NCBI GenBank assembly: GCA_900754085.1
Contig: CAAEBO010000045.1
Location: 1 to 61,604, forward strand
Origin: Clostridia bacterium
GTDB lineage: Bacteria; Bacillota; Clostridia; TANB77; CAG-508
Direction of reading: 5' to 3'
DNA length: 61,604 nucleotides
Shown: positions 28,315-38,150 of the stretch, in pieces
Layout of the letters: every line of letters starts with the position of its first letter
Position numbering within the stretch: position 1 is the stretch's first letter
Notes under the pieces: model-generated
Seen by the model: only the letters and a program-made list of their open reading frames with translations
Database searches by the model: none
Told to the model about the DNA's origin: nothing
Program-made: the position numbers and the translations under genes

Positions 28315-28779
28315 TTATGCTAAAGTAATACCTTGAGTATTAAAAATAAGGTATATAATTCCAACAAGGATAGAACTACAAATACCAAAAACCAAGACAG
28401 GACCAGCAATAGTAAACATTTTACTACCAACTCCCATAACATAACCTTCAGATTTATATTCTATAGAGGGTGCAACAATTGAATTAGCAAAACCAGTAAT
28501 AGGAACTAAAGAACCAGCACCTGCAAATTTACCTATTTTGTTAAATATATTTAAACCAGTTAAGAAAGCACTAAGGCCAATTAAAATAATAGAAGCAATA
28601 GTTCCAGATGTTGCATCATCTAAACCGCGTGCTTTGCAGATAAGTAGAATAATTTGTCCAAAGGTACAAATTAAACCTCCTACCCAAAATGCGTTAAAAC
28701 AATTTTTTAATATAGGTGAATTGGGAGATTTTTTATCTACATATTCTTGATATTTTTTTTGCGTTTCTATAGGTTGCAT
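28315..28779 (-). CDS. spoVAC: stage V sporulation protein AC
   Basis: YQEYVDKKSPNSPILKNCFNAFWVGGLICTFGQ, FAGAGSLVPITGFANS; 154 aa. Confidence 0.85.
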   Translation of the reverse strand: MQPIETQKKYQEYVDKKSPNSPILKNCFNAFWVGGLICTFGQIILLICKARGLDDATSGTIASIILIGLSAFLTGLNIFNKIGKFAGAGSLVPITGFANSIVAPSIEYKSEGYVMGVGSKMFTIAGPVLVFGICSSILVGIIYLIFNTQGITLA

Positions 28780-28791
28780 AAAAACTCCTTT

Positions 28792-29004
28792 CTATTCATT
28801 TGAATGATCAATAAAAAAAGTAAGTTCGATTTCAGCAAAATATTCTACAATTTTTCCATCTTGAATATTTGCAGTTTGATCTATAACTTTAACCTCTGAT
28901 ATATAATTTATCGTTTTAGAAGCCTCGTTAATAGTTTGTACTATAGCATCTTTCCAAGATATATTAGAAGATCCTCTAACACGAATATGTTTTTCAACAG
29001 TCAT
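28792..29004 (-). CDS. dodecin-family (flavin-binding) small protein
   Basis: 70 aa. IRVRGSSNISWKDAIVQTINEASKTI...V.VIDQTANIQDGKIVEYFAEIELTF matches the dodecin pattern. Confidence 0.65.
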   Translation of the reverse strand: MTVEKHIRVRGSSNISWKDAIVQTINEASKTINYISEVKVIDQTANIQDGKIVEYFAEIELTFFIDHSNE

Positions 29005-29115
29005 TTAGTAATACCTCCTATAAATAAAATTAGTAATATTTTTTACAATTAATTTAATTTTATACAGGAAAATGGTATAATGTATAAAGTTATAAAAGGA
29101 AAGGAAAAATACTTT

Positions 29116-30417
29116 ATGAAAATAGATTTTGCACGAAATATTGCATTAAAAATAATATATGAAGTAAATGCAAAACAAGCATATTCAAACATTGTTTTAG
29201 ATAAATATATTAATGAGAACAGAGATAAGTTAAGTAATTTGGACATTAACTTTATTTCTGAATTAGTATATGGTGTTATAACTTGGAAATTAACATTGGA
29301 ACAAATAATTCAAAAATATTCAAAAACAAAAATAAAGAAAATGTCAGATTGGGTAAAGAACATACTATACTTAGGAAGTTACCAAATAATCTTTTTAGAT
29401 AAAGTACCAAAATCTGCAGCAGTAAATGAAAGTGTTAATTTATGCAAAAAATATAATTTTAAATCTGCAAATTTTGTAAATGCAATTTTAAGAAAAATAA
29501 GTAAAGAAGATTATGCAGAAATTGATAATATAACAGATAGTATAACTAAAATTAGTTTAAAATATTCTATTCCAGAATGGATGGTAAAAAAGTTTTTTTC
29601 TGAATATGGTGAAAATAAAACAGAAGAAATTTGTAAGAATTTAAACTTAAGACCAAATATGTCTGTAAGACTAAATAGTTTAAAAGAGAAAATAGGAATA
29701 GGGGATAAAGGAATTTTAGAAGATTTTAGAGTAGTTACAAAAACTAAAAATATTATTAAGACAAAAGAATATGAGGAAGGATATATAACTCTTCAAGATG
29801 AAGCAGCAGGTTTAAGTAGTTTTGTTTTAAGCCCCAAAAAAGGAGATATTGTACTAGATGCGTGTAGTGCTCCTGGCGGAAAGACAACATATTTAGCAGA
29901 ATTAATGCAAAATGAAGGTAAAATTATAGCATGGGATATTTACGAAGAAAGATTAAAGCAAGTTAAGCAAAATGCTAAAAGGCTTGGTATAAATATTATA
30001 GAAACACAAGTAAATGATGCAACTATTTTAAAAGAAGAATTAAAAAATAAATTTGATAAAATATTACTAGATGTACCATGCCTTGGTTTAGGAGTAATTA
30101 GAAGAAAGCCAGATATAAAATGGAACAGAAAAGAAGAAGATATTAACGAAATTGCTGATATTCAATACAAAATATTAAAAACATGTGCAAATTATTTAAA
30201 AAAGGACGGAGTTTTAGTATATTCTACATGTAGTATGCTAAAAGAAGAAAATGAGCTAATAATAAATAAATTTTTACAAGAAGATAATTTTATAACTATA
30301 AATATAGAAGAAAAAATTCCTAAAGAATTTTATAAAATAACAAAAAACAATATGGTGCAATTTTTGCCAAGCGAAAAACATGATGGATTTTTTATAGCAA
30401 TGCTAAAAAGAAAATAA
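29116..30417 (+). CDS. rsmB: 16S rRNA (cytosine967-C5)-methyltransferase RsmB/Sun
   Basis: NusB-like N-domain, LDACSAPGGKTT, LLDVPCLGLGVIRRKPD, VYSTCS. Start moved to ATG 29116. Confidence 0.85.
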   Translation: MKIDFARNIALKIIYEVNAKQAYSNIVLDKYINENRDKLSNLDINFISELVYGVITWKLTLEQIIQKYSKTKIKKMSDWVKNILYLGSYQIIFLDKVPKSAAVNESVNLCKKYNFKSANFVNAILRKISKEDYAEIDNITDSITKISLKYSIPEWMVKKFFSEYGENKTEEICKNLNLRPNMSVRLNSLKEKIGIGDKGILEDFRVVTKTKNIIKTKEYEEGYITLQDEAAGLSSFVLSPKKGDIVLDACSAPGGKTTYLAELMQNEGKIIAWDIYEERLKQVKQNAKRLGINIIETQVNDATILKEELKNKFDKILLDVPCLGLGVIRRKPDIKWNRKEEDINEIADIQYKILKTCANYLKKDGVLVYSTCSMLKEENELIINKFLQEDNFITINIEEKIPKEFYKITKNNMVQFLPSEKHDGFFIAMLKRK

Positions 30418-30563
30418 AAACAGCTATATTACGATAATATTACATTAATATTATGTTTAAATTAAACACCTTGACTTTTTTACATAAACATATAAAATAT
30501 TGGTATATAAAAACAGTAAAAGTGCTACGCACAATATATATACAAAAGAAGGGAGACGTTTAT

Positions 30564-30974
30564 ATGTTAAATAAAGTAAAAGAAGAAAAAGGAATAACAT
30601 TAGTTGTTTTAATAATTACAATAATTATATTACTATGTTTAGCAGGAGTTATAGTATATTTAGTATTTGGTCAAGATGGATTAAAAGGTAAAGATAATGC
30701 TTTAGAAGCTGAAAGAGATAAAGCATATGCAAAAGATATAGTAACTATGGCATTAAAAGTAGTAGAAAAAGATAGAGAGCAAATGAATGTTAATGGTTTA
30801 GTACAAACTAATACAAATCCAGATGTTATAGATGCAGTAGTAAAAACAATAGATAAGTCTTCAAATTTTAAAGAGGGTGCAGACGGAAGTTCTGTAGAGT
30901 ATGTAACAAATAGTGGAGATAAATATATTGTTAAAGTAGATACTAAAAGTTTAAAAGTTCAAGAAGTAAACTAA
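30564..30974 (+). CDS. small secreted/anchored protein with prepilin-like N-terminus (lacks Glu5)
   Basis: GGGAG RBS then MLNKVKEEKG/ITLVVLIITIIILL, resembling a class III signal (KG-[FI]TL...), but position +5 is Val, not Glu. Track start 30453 rejected. Confidence 0.45.
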   Translation: MLNKVKEEKGITLVVLIITIIILLCLAGVIVYLVFGQDGLKGKDNALEAERDKAYAKDIVTMALKVVEKDREQMNVNGLVQTNTNPDVIDAVVKTIDKSSNFKEGADGSSVEYVTNSGDKYIVKVDTKSLKVQEVN

Positions 30975-31038
30975 AGAAAAGGCATATACACTAGTTGTAT
31001 ATGCCTAAAAAAATGTTAATAAAAAGGAGCAGATATAT

Positions 31039-31950
31039 ATGAATATAGGAATAGATATAGGTGGAAGTCATGTAGGTGTAGGACTTGTAGGGTCAAGTGG
31101 AAAGATAATAAACAAAAAAGAAGTAGATATAACAGAAAAAGATAAAAAGAATATAGAAAAGATGATAACAAATACTATAATAAATTTTATAAAGCAAATT
31201 TTAAAAGAACAAGATATAGAAGCTAATGAAATTGGCTATGTAGGAATTGCATCACCAGGTACAATAGAAAATAATTGTATATATAATGTAGTTAACTTAG
31301 GATTAGAAAAATTAGATATAGCTAAAACTATTAAAAAAGAATTTAATTTAGAAGTAAAAATAAAAAATGATGCAAAATGCGCAGGAATTGCAGAAAGTAT
31401 GTATGGAAGTACAAAATTTGTGCAAGATAATATATATTTGTGTTTAGGAACAGGAATAGGAGGAGCAGCATTTATAAATAATAAATTAGTAGAACCAAGG
31501 TACAAATCTGGAATGGAATTTGGACACATGATAATTGATAAAGATGGAAGAGAATGTAGATGTGGAAGCAAAGGATGTTTCGAAAAATATTGCTCTATGA
31601 AAACATTAAAAAGAGAAATTATAGAAACTTTAGAATTAGATAAAAATGATACAGGTGCAAATATTGTAAACGAGATTAGAAAACATATAGATGATTTAAG
31701 AATAAGACCTTTAATAAAAGAATATGTAGAGTATTTAGCAATAGGAATATCTAATTTAATAAATATATTCGAGCCAGAAGTTGTATGTATTGGGGGAAGT
31801 TTTGTATTTATAGGTGACTTAATTATTCCGAAATTAAAAAAGGAAATTCAAGATAAAAAATTATTATTTAATCCAAGAAAAGATGTAAATATAGTGCTTG
31901 CAACACTAAGCAATGATGCAGGAATAATAGGGGCAGCAAGCTTATTATAG
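31039..31950 (+). CDS. ROK-family sugar kinase (glucokinase-like)
   Basis: IGIDIGGSHVGVGLV, GTGIGGAAF, GHMIIDKDGRECRCGSKGCFEKY (ROK zinc motif). Confidence 0.85.
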   Translation: MNIGIDIGGSHVGVGLVGSSGKIINKKEVDITEKDKKNIEKMITNTIINFIKQILKEQDIEANEIGYVGIASPGTIENNCIYNVVNLGLEKLDIAKTIKKEFNLEVKIKNDAKCAGIAESMYGSTKFVQDNIYLCLGTGIGGAAFINNKLVEPRYKSGMEFGHMIIDKDGRECRCGSKGCFEKYCSMKTLKREIIETLELDKNDTGANIVNEIRKHIDDLRIRPLIKEYVEYLAIGISNLINIFEPEVVCIGGSFVFIGDLIIPKLKKEIQDKKLLFNPRKDVNIVLATLSNDAGIIGAASLL

Positions 31951-32031
31951 AAAAATTACTTAAATACTTGTACAAACTTTAAGATTGTGATATAAAATAT
32001 GTATGAATATTATAGGAGAGGTGGAACATTT

Positions 32032-32760
32032 GTGGAAGGCGAAGTAAGTAACGAGAAAAAAACAATATTAATTGTGGATGACGAACAACCAATAATTGAT
32101 ATGTTAGTATATAATTTAGAAAAAGAAGGATATAACACATTAGAGGCAACAGATGGAGAAAAAGCAGTAGACATTGCTTTAAATAATACACCTGACTTAA
32201 TATTATTAGATATTATGATACCTAAAATGGATGGGTTATCTGTATGCAAAAGAATAAGACATAATTTAAATGTTCCAATTATAATGTTAAGTGCAAAAGG
32301 TGAAGAAATAGACAAAATATTAGGTTTAGAATTAGGAGCAGATGATTATATTACAAAACCTTTTAGCATAAGGGAGTTAATGGCAAGAATAAAGGCTAAC
32401 CTAAGAAAAGGAAAAGGTAGCTACGAAGAAGGCAAAATAGAAGCAAATACTAATAAAATTGTTGTAGGAAATTTACAATTGGATATAGATAAATTCGAAA
32501 CTAGAGTAAAGAATAAAGTTGTTGACTTAACATTAAGAGAATTTGAAGTATTAAAATATTTAGCAAATCAATTAGGACAAGTTGTAACAAGGGAAACTTT
32601 ATTAGAAAAAGTATGGGGATATGAATATTATGGTGACATAAGAACTGTAGATGTTACTGTAAGAAGAATTAGAGAAAAAATAGAAGAAGATACATCTAAC
32701 CCAAAAATTTTAATAACAAAAAGAGGAGTAGGTTATTATATAGCCACAGGTGATAAATAA
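32032..32760 (+). CDS. OmpR-family response regulator (WalR/ResD/PhoP-like)
   Basis: ILIVDDEQPI, DLILLDIMIPKMDG, ITKPF, wHTH LTLREFEVLKYL...TVDVTVRRIREKIE. GTG start 7 nt after AGGAGAGGTGG preferred over track ATG 31999. Confidence 0.85.
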   Translation: MEGEVSNEKKTILIVDDEQPIIDMLVYNLEKEGYNTLEATDGEKAVDIALNNTPDLILLDIMIPKMDGLSVCKRIRHNLNVPIIMLSAKGEEIDKILGLELGADDYITKPFSIRELMARIKANLRKGKGSYEEGKIEANTNKIVVGNLQLDIDKFETRVKNKVVDLTLREFEVLKYLANQLGQVVTRETLLEKVWGYEYYGDIRTVDVTVRRIREKIEEDTSNPKILITKRGVGYYIATGDK

Positions 32761-32958
32761 AATTTAAATAAGTTGCTAAAACAAAAAATTAAAATCGTCG
32801 GTTAAAATATACAGTATTTAGTCTATTTTACTGGCGATTTTATTATAATTAATATAAGTTTGCAAAAATTAAATAATAAAGTATTTTAGTATAGTAGAAT
32901 TATTGTAAATGCGATATATATTTGCTAAAATATTTAAGTATTTAGTAAGGAGTAATAA

Positions 32959-34461
32959 ATGATAAAGAATATACAATTAAAAATAGTTTTAATATTTTTT
33001 ATATTGGGTATGTTTACAATTATTGGTTTAGGTTTCTTTTTTACAAATTCATTAGAAGCTATAAATGTAGCTATTAATACTGCAGAAGTTACAGATGTTA
33101 TAAACATAAATATAAGTAATGTAAAATTAATACTCATGATTTCACTATTAGTTTTAGGAGCAATAAGTATTATAGTAGGAATATTTCTTTCTAAAACAGT
33201 AGTAAAGCCAATAGATAAATTAATAAAGAATGCAGAAAAATTAACATCAAAAGAAAAAAGTAAACATATAAGAAGTAAAAATGAAATAGATAATTTAGCA
33301 GATACATTTGAAGAAATGACAACAAAACTTCAAGAAAATCTATCTGAAATATCTACACAAAAAAAGCAAATGGAAACAATACTTATTCATATGAGTGATG
33401 GTATAATTGCGTTTAATATGGAAGGAAAAGTTATACTTATAAACCCAGCTGCAACAAGAGCTTTATCTATTATGGATGAAGAAACAAATTTTGAAACAAT
33501 ATTTAAAAATGTAAATTTAAATATAAATATGGAAAAAATTATTTACTTAGAAGATTGGACATCATCTGAGCAAAAAGTTAAAGTAAAAGATAAATATTTA
33601 AATTTAGCATTTGAGATTTTAAAAGATGAAAAAGATAGACCATCTGGTGTAATGGTGCTTATACAAGATATAACAGAACATGTAAAACTAGATAATATGA
33701 GAAAAGAATTTGTGGCAGATGTTTCTCACGAACTTAAAACACCTATTACATCAATTATGGGATATGCAGATACTTTATTAGAAACAGAGCATGACAAAGA
33801 AATAGAAACTAAGTTTTTAGGCGTAATATCTTCAGAAGCAAAAAGAATGTCTAAATTGGTAACAGATTTATTATCACTTTCAAGGTTTGATAATAATAAA
33901 ACAAATATAGTAAAAGAAGAATTCGATTTGGGTGAGCTTGCTAAAAAGTGCCAAGAGAAGCTTCAAATAGAAATAGATAAAAAGCAACTTAAAGTAAACT
34001 GCTTAGTTACAGCAAATGTTCCACCTGTATATGCAGAAAAAGATGGAATAGAAAGAGTTATAATAAACATATTGTCAAATAGTATAAAATATACTAATGA
34101 AAAAGGTACTATTAATATATATGTAGGTTTTGTATATAATGATGCTTATATTAAATGTATAGATACAGGAATGGGAATACCAGAAGAGGATTTAGAAAGA
34201 ATTTTTGAAAGATTTTATAGGGTGGACAAAGCTAGAACAAGAGAAATGGGTGGAACAGGTTTAGGACTATCCATAGCAAAAGAAATTTTAGACAGAAATA
34301 ACGGAACTATAGATATTAAAAGTAAATTAAACGAAGGAACAGAAGTTGTAATAAGAATCCCTACAAAAACTAATAATAAATTTATCCTAAAGGAGGAAGA
34401 AAAATTAAATGAGGGAAAAAACAGTAGGAAGCCAAATAACCAGGAAACAAAAAATAATTAA
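32959..34461 (+). CDS. sensor histidine kinase (TM-HAMP-PAS-HisKA-HATPase)
   Basis: Two TM helices, VSHELKTPITSIMGY (H-box), NSIKYTN, DTGMGIPEEDL, GGTGLGLSIAKE. Confidence 0.85.
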   Translation: MIKNIQLKIVLIFFILGMFTIIGLGFFFTNSLEAINVAINTAEVTDVININISNVKLILMISLLVLGAISIIVGIFLSKTVVKPIDKLIKNAEKLTSKEKSKHIRSKNEIDNLADTFEEMTTKLQENLSEISTQKKQMETILIHMSDGIIAFNMEGKVILINPAATRALSIMDEETNFETIFKNVNLNINMEKIIYLEDWTSSEQKVKVKDKYLNLAFEILKDEKDRPSGVMVLIQDITEHVKLDNMRKEFVADVSHELKTPITSIMGYADTLLETEHDKEIETKFLGVISSEAKRMSKLVTDLLSLSRFDNNKTNIVKEEFDLGELAKKCQEKLQIEIDKKQLKVNCLVTANVPPVYAEKDGIERVIINILSNSIKYTNEKGTINIYVGFVYNDAYIKCIDTGMGIPEEDLERIFERFYRVDKARTREMGGTGLGLSIAKEILDRNNGTIDIKSKLNEGTEVVIRIPTKTNNKFILKEEEKLNEGKNSRKPNNQETKNN

Positions 34462-35086
34462 AGAAATAGTAAGTTGGGTTATTTGTATTGTAATTGCAGT
34501 TATATTAGCTTTACTAATAAAATACTTTGTATTAACACCAACAGTAGTAAAGCAAAAGTCAATGTATCCTACATTAGAAGAAAATCAAAGATTAATTTTA
34601 AATAGATTAGGAAGAACGCTAAAAAAGATGCCTGAAAGAGGAGATATAATTACTTTCGAGGCACCATCAAATACATATAGAACAGAGGAAGATACAGATC
34701 TTTCTAACCCAGTAGCAGTTTATGAATATAGTGAAAAAAGCTTTTTAGATAGTTTTAAATATAATGTATTAGAAATAGGAAAAGTAAGTTATATAAAAAG
34801 AGTTATAGGTTTACCAGGTGAACATATACAAATAAAAGATGGCAAAGTATATGTAAACGAAGAAGAATTAGAAGAAGATTATTTGCAACCAGGAATTGTT
34901 ACAGATAATTCGGAAGGAATATTTTATGATATTGTAGTGCCAGAAAACACAGTGTTTGCAATGGGAGATAATAGAAATTCTAGTGTGGACTGTAGAGCTT
35001 TTGGTTGTATACCATTAGAAAAAATAGAGGGAAATGTATTACTTAGATTTTGGCCATTAAATAAGTTTGGAAAAGTAGAAGATTAG
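34409..35086 (+). CDS. lepB: signal peptidase I
   Basis: TM anchor, KSMYPTL (Ser box), YIKRVIGLPGE, GDNRNSSVDCR. GGAGGA RBS. Overlaps the kinase 3' end by 53 nt. Confidence 0.85.
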   Translation: MREKTVGSQITRKQKIIKEIVSWVICIVIAVILALLIKYFVLTPTVVKQKSMYPTLEENQRLILNRLGRTLKKMPERGDIITFEAPSNTYRTEEDTDLSNPVAVYEYSEKSFLDSFKYNVLEIGKVSYIKRVIGLPGEHIQIKDGKVYVNEEELEEDYLQPGIVTDNSEGIFYDIVVPENTVFAMGDNRNSSVDCRAFGCIPLEKIEGNVLLRFWPLNKFGKVED

Positions 35087-35097
35087 GAGGAATATAC

Positions 35098-36024
35098 TTG
35101 TTTAAAAATATTGTAGGTCATGAAAGCATAAAGAAAATATTAGAAAATAATATAAAAACAAAAAATATATTACATAGTTATTTATTTATAGGAGAAGAAG
35201 GTATTGGAAAGCAAACTTTAGGCAAAGAGTTTGCTAAGGCAGTTTTGTGCAATTCTGAAGACGAAAAGCCATGTGATACCTGTAAACCATGTGTAGAATT
35301 TAATACAAAGAATAATGTAAATTTTACTATCATAAATGAAGAAGAAGTTGCAATAAAAATAGATCAAATAAGAAATATGCAAGTTAAAATTGCAGAAAAA
35401 CCACTTAATTCAGACTATAAAATATATTTAATTAACGATGCAGATCTTATGACAACAGAAGCTCAAAATTGTTTATTAAAAACGTTAGAAGAACCACCAG
35501 AGTATATAGTTATAATTTTAATAACATCAAATGAAAACAAAATTTTAAATACAATAAAATCTAGATGTATGAAAATATATTTTAATAAACTAGAAAATAG
35601 TGATATAAAAAAGATTTTAGAAGAGAGATTTGAAGTTAGCGATATAAATGATTCTTTTTTAGATGCAGCAAGTGGAAGTATAAAAAAAGCACTATTAATT
35701 AAAGAAAATTCGTCAGAATACGAGCAAATAAATAAAATATTTGATATAATAGATAAAGAAAATTTAGTAAGCTTCATAAATTCAGCAAGTTCTATATATG
35801 AAAGTAAAGATGATATTTACAATATTTTAGATTATATAAATATTTTATTAGATATAAAAATTAAGAAAAACACAAAAGATTCTTTTAAATACGCAAAATG
35901 TATTTTTATAGTAGAAGAAGTTAAAAAAAGATTAAGAGCAAATAGTAATTATGATATGTCTATAGACTATCTATTAATGAATATGTGGAAGGAGATTAAT
36001 AGTGAAAGAAGTAGTAGGTATTAA
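35098..36024 (+). CDS. holB: DNA polymerase III delta-prime subunit
   Basis: TTG start after AGGAGG. HSYLFIGEEGIGKQT, CDTCKPC, LLKTLEEPP, TIKSRC. Confidence 0.85.
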   Translation: MFKNIVGHESIKKILENNIKTKNILHSYLFIGEEGIGKQTLGKEFAKAVLCNSEDEKPCDTCKPCVEFNTKNNVNFTIINEEEVAIKIDQIRNMQVKIAEKPLNSDYKIYLINDADLMTTEAQNCLLKTLEEPPEYIVIILITSNENKILNTIKSRCMKIYFNKLENSDIKKILEERFEVSDINDSFLDAASGSIKKALLIKENSSEYEQINKIFDIIDKENLVSFINSASSIYESKDDIYNILDYINILLDIKIKKNTKDSFKYAKCIFIVEEVKKRLRANSNYDMSIDYLLMNMWKEINSERSSRY

Positions 36025-36916
36025 ATTTAAGAAACCAGGTAAAATATATTTTTTTGATCCTGCAGGTTTAAAACTTAACCTACAAGATATGGTTATAGCA
36101 GATACTGCAAATGGTGAAGAATTTGCCAAAATAGCTATGGCAAATAAATTAATGCCGGATGAAAAAATAGTAGAACCACTTAGAAAAGTAATAAGACTAG
36201 CAAATAAAAAAGATATAAGGCAAAACGAAGAAAACAAAGCAAAAGAACGCGAGGCTTTTAATATTGCAATAGAGAAAATAAAGAAACATAAATTACCAAT
36301 GAAGCTTATAGATGTAGAATATAAGTTTGACAGAACTAAAATATTATTTTATTTTACAGCAGATGGAAGAATTGACTTTAGGGAATTGGTAAAAGATTTA
36401 GCAGCCATATTCAAAACAAGAATAGAGCTTAGACAAATAGGTGTAAGAGATGAAGTTAGAAGAATGGGTGGAAATGGAATATGTGGAAGAGAGCTATGTT
36501 GTTGTAGTTTTCTAAATAATTTTGATGCTGTTTCTATAAAAATGGCAAAAGAGCAAAATATGTCTTTAAACCCTTCTAAAATATCTGGTTTATGTGGAAG
36601 ACTAATGTGTTGCTTAAAGTATGAGCAAGAAGCATACGAAGATAAGCTACAACGTTTACCAAAAGTGGGCTCTATTGTAGGAACATTAGACGGTGAAGGT
36701 GTAATAGATAATGTAGAAATATTAAAAGAAAATGTAAGAGTAAAATTTGAAGATGATGATGGATATCATTACAAAAAATATAAAGCAGAAGAAGTAAAAC
36801 TAATAAAAGAAAGCGAAACAGAAGAAATAAATCTAGAAGAAAGAGAAAATGAAAAAGAATTAGAAGAATTAGAGAAACTAGCTAAAAATGACATACTAGT
36901 AGAAGACGATATGTAA
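36002..36916 (+). CDS. ricT: PSP1-domain protein YaaT/RicT (stage 0 sporulation / RNase Y regulator)
   Basis: GTG start after GGAAGGAG. KILFYFTADGRIDFRELVKDLAAIFKTRIELRQIGVRDE, Cys cluster GRELCCCSF...CGRLMCCLKYE. Follows holB as in Bacillus. Confidence 0.85.
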   Translation: MKEVVGIKFKKPGKIYFFDPAGLKLNLQDMVIADTANGEEFAKIAMANKLMPDEKIVEPLRKVIRLANKKDIRQNEENKAKEREAFNIAIEKIKKHKLPMKLIDVEYKFDRTKILFYFTADGRIDFRELVKDLAAIFKTRIELRQIGVRDEVRRMGGNGICGRELCCCSFLNNFDAVSIKMAKEQNMSLNPSKISGLCGRLMCCLKYEQEAYEDKLQRLPKVGSIVGTLDGEGVIDNVEILKENVRVKFEDDDGYHYKKYKAEEVKLIKESETEEINLEERENEKELEELEKLAKNDILVEDDM

Positions 36917-37037
36917 AAAATAAAGAATAAAAAATAAAGAAAAAATATTAATATGTTATATTAGACAAATTATAAATACAAAGTTAGAAGAATAGTGAAA
37001 TTAGTAAGAAATGTAGCAATGAAAGGTGGTGAAGAAT

Positions 37038-37208
37038 ATGGCATATAAAATAACAGATAAATGTATAAGCTGTGGAGCTTGTGCAGCAGAATGTCCAGTA
37101 GGATGCATATCACAAGGAGATGATAAATTTGTAATCGATCCAGAAGTATGTATTTCTTGTGGTACATGCGCAGGAGTTTGCCCAGTTGAAGCGCCAGAAG
37201 AAGAATAA
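37038..37208 (+). CDS. fdx: 2x[4Fe-4S] clostridial-type ferredoxin
   Basis: MAYKITDKCISCGACAAECPV...CISCGTCAGVCPV, 56 aa. Start at ATG 37038 after AAAGGTGG. Confidence 0.9.
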   Translation: MAYKITDKCISCGACAAECPVGCISQGDDKFVIDPEVCISCGTCAGVCPVEAPEEE

Positions 37209-37224
37209 TATATATAGTGTGAGG

Positions 37225-37253
37225 GGGATTTTGGGGACGTACCTTAAAATCCC
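37225..37253 (+). repeat. REP-like element, forward copy, ACGTACC centre variant (left boundary of RAYT cassette)
   Basis: GGGATTTTGGGGACGTACCTTAAAATCCC, 16 nt after the ferredoxin stop, followed by TGTTTTTTTT. Exact reverse complement of 38719-38747. Confidence 0.9.
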
Positions 37254-37355
37254 TGTTTTTTTTCTAAACATAAATTGTTATCTAAAAAATTAATTCATAG
37301 CTATAAATTAAAAATCTAAAATTAATCAAGAACAAATTAAATTTAAGGAGGTAAA

Positions 37356-38150
37356 ATGCCAAGAACATCAAGAGAAAGTATTAAATCTAATTTTATTCAC
37401 ATTGTAACAAAGGGAGTAACAAGAGAATTTATATTTTATAAAAAAGAATATAAAGATAAATATATTTCTTTGCTAAAACAAAAGTTAGAGAATGGTATCC
37501 AATTAATATCATATTGTGTTATGGACAACCATGCACATATATTAATGTATATGGAAGATATAAAAATATTGGAGAAATTCATGAAAAAACTGAACACAGC
37601 ATATGCTATTTTTTATAATGCGAAAGAAGAAAGGGAAGGATACGTTTTTGCTACTAGATATTATTCACAAATCATAAAAAATGAAAAACACTTATTACAG
37701 TGTATGCATTATATTCATAAGAATCCTGTAAAAGCTGGAATTGTAAGCTTGCCTAAAAATTATAAATATTCATCATACAATGCAATTATGAATGGAAAGA
37801 TGCAAGCTGAAATATTAAAATCTGTATTCGGAGAGAATTTTTATTATATGTATGCAGAAGCTGATGCAGAAGCTGATGCAGAAGCTGATACAGAAGAAAA
37901 TGGTAATTTTATAGAGGAAGATTTACAAAATAATATTATAGATAAAAAGGACGTAGAGGATATGATTAACGAATTTTGCAATAAAAAGGGTACAACAATG
38001 AAGCAAATAAAACAGTCAAATAAATTAATAATAGAGTTGAAGGAACATTTGAATATAAACCATAGGGTAAGTAACAAAAATATATGTGCTATATTAGGAA
38101 TTGGTAAAAATAGAATAACTCTAATAGAAAGAAAATTAAAAAAAGATTAG
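37356..38150 (+). CDS. REP-associated tyrosine transposase (RAYT; IS200/IS605-like Y1/HUH family) with C-terminal HTH-like tail
   Basis: GGAGG RBS. CVMDNHAHILMY (HUH), GYVFATRYYSQIIKNEKHLLQCMHYIHKNPVKAGIV...YKYSSY (catalytic Tyr helix, RAYT flavour). Tail ends ...NKNICAILGIGKNRITLIERKLK. Confidence 0.8.
   Translation: MPRTSRESIKSNFIHIVTKGVTREFIFYKKEYKDKYISLLKQKLENGIQLISYCVMDNHAHILMYMEDIKILEKFMKKLNTAYAIFYNAKEEREGYVFATRYYSQIIKNEKHLLQCMHYIHKNPVKAGIVSLPKNYKYSSYNAIMNGKMQAEILKSVFGENFYYMYAEADAEADAEADTEENGNFIEEDLQNNIIDKKDVEDMINEFCNKKGTTMKQIKQSNKLIIELKEHLNINHRVSNKNICAILGIGKNRITLIERKLKKD
37854..37889 (+). repeat. perfect 12-bp coding tandem repeat x3 (GCAGAAGCTGAT = AEAD)
   Basis: Read directly. Encodes AEADAEADAEAD in the linker between the Y1 domain and the C-terminal tail of the RAYT. 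Confidence 0.9.

Noticed and set aside
29005-29115. Forespore sigma-G/sigma-F type promoter upstream of the dodecin-spoVA operon
   Set aside because: A GTATA-like -35 and an ATTACTA-like -10 can be picked out on the minus strand, but spacing and matches are too loose in this AT-rich DNA to support a call.
30981-31006. GGCATATACA/TGTATATGCC hairpin as the terminator of the pilin-like gene
   Set aside because: On the + strand it is followed by an A run, not a T run; the T run lies on the opposite strand, where no gene reads into it. Recorded only as a hairpin.
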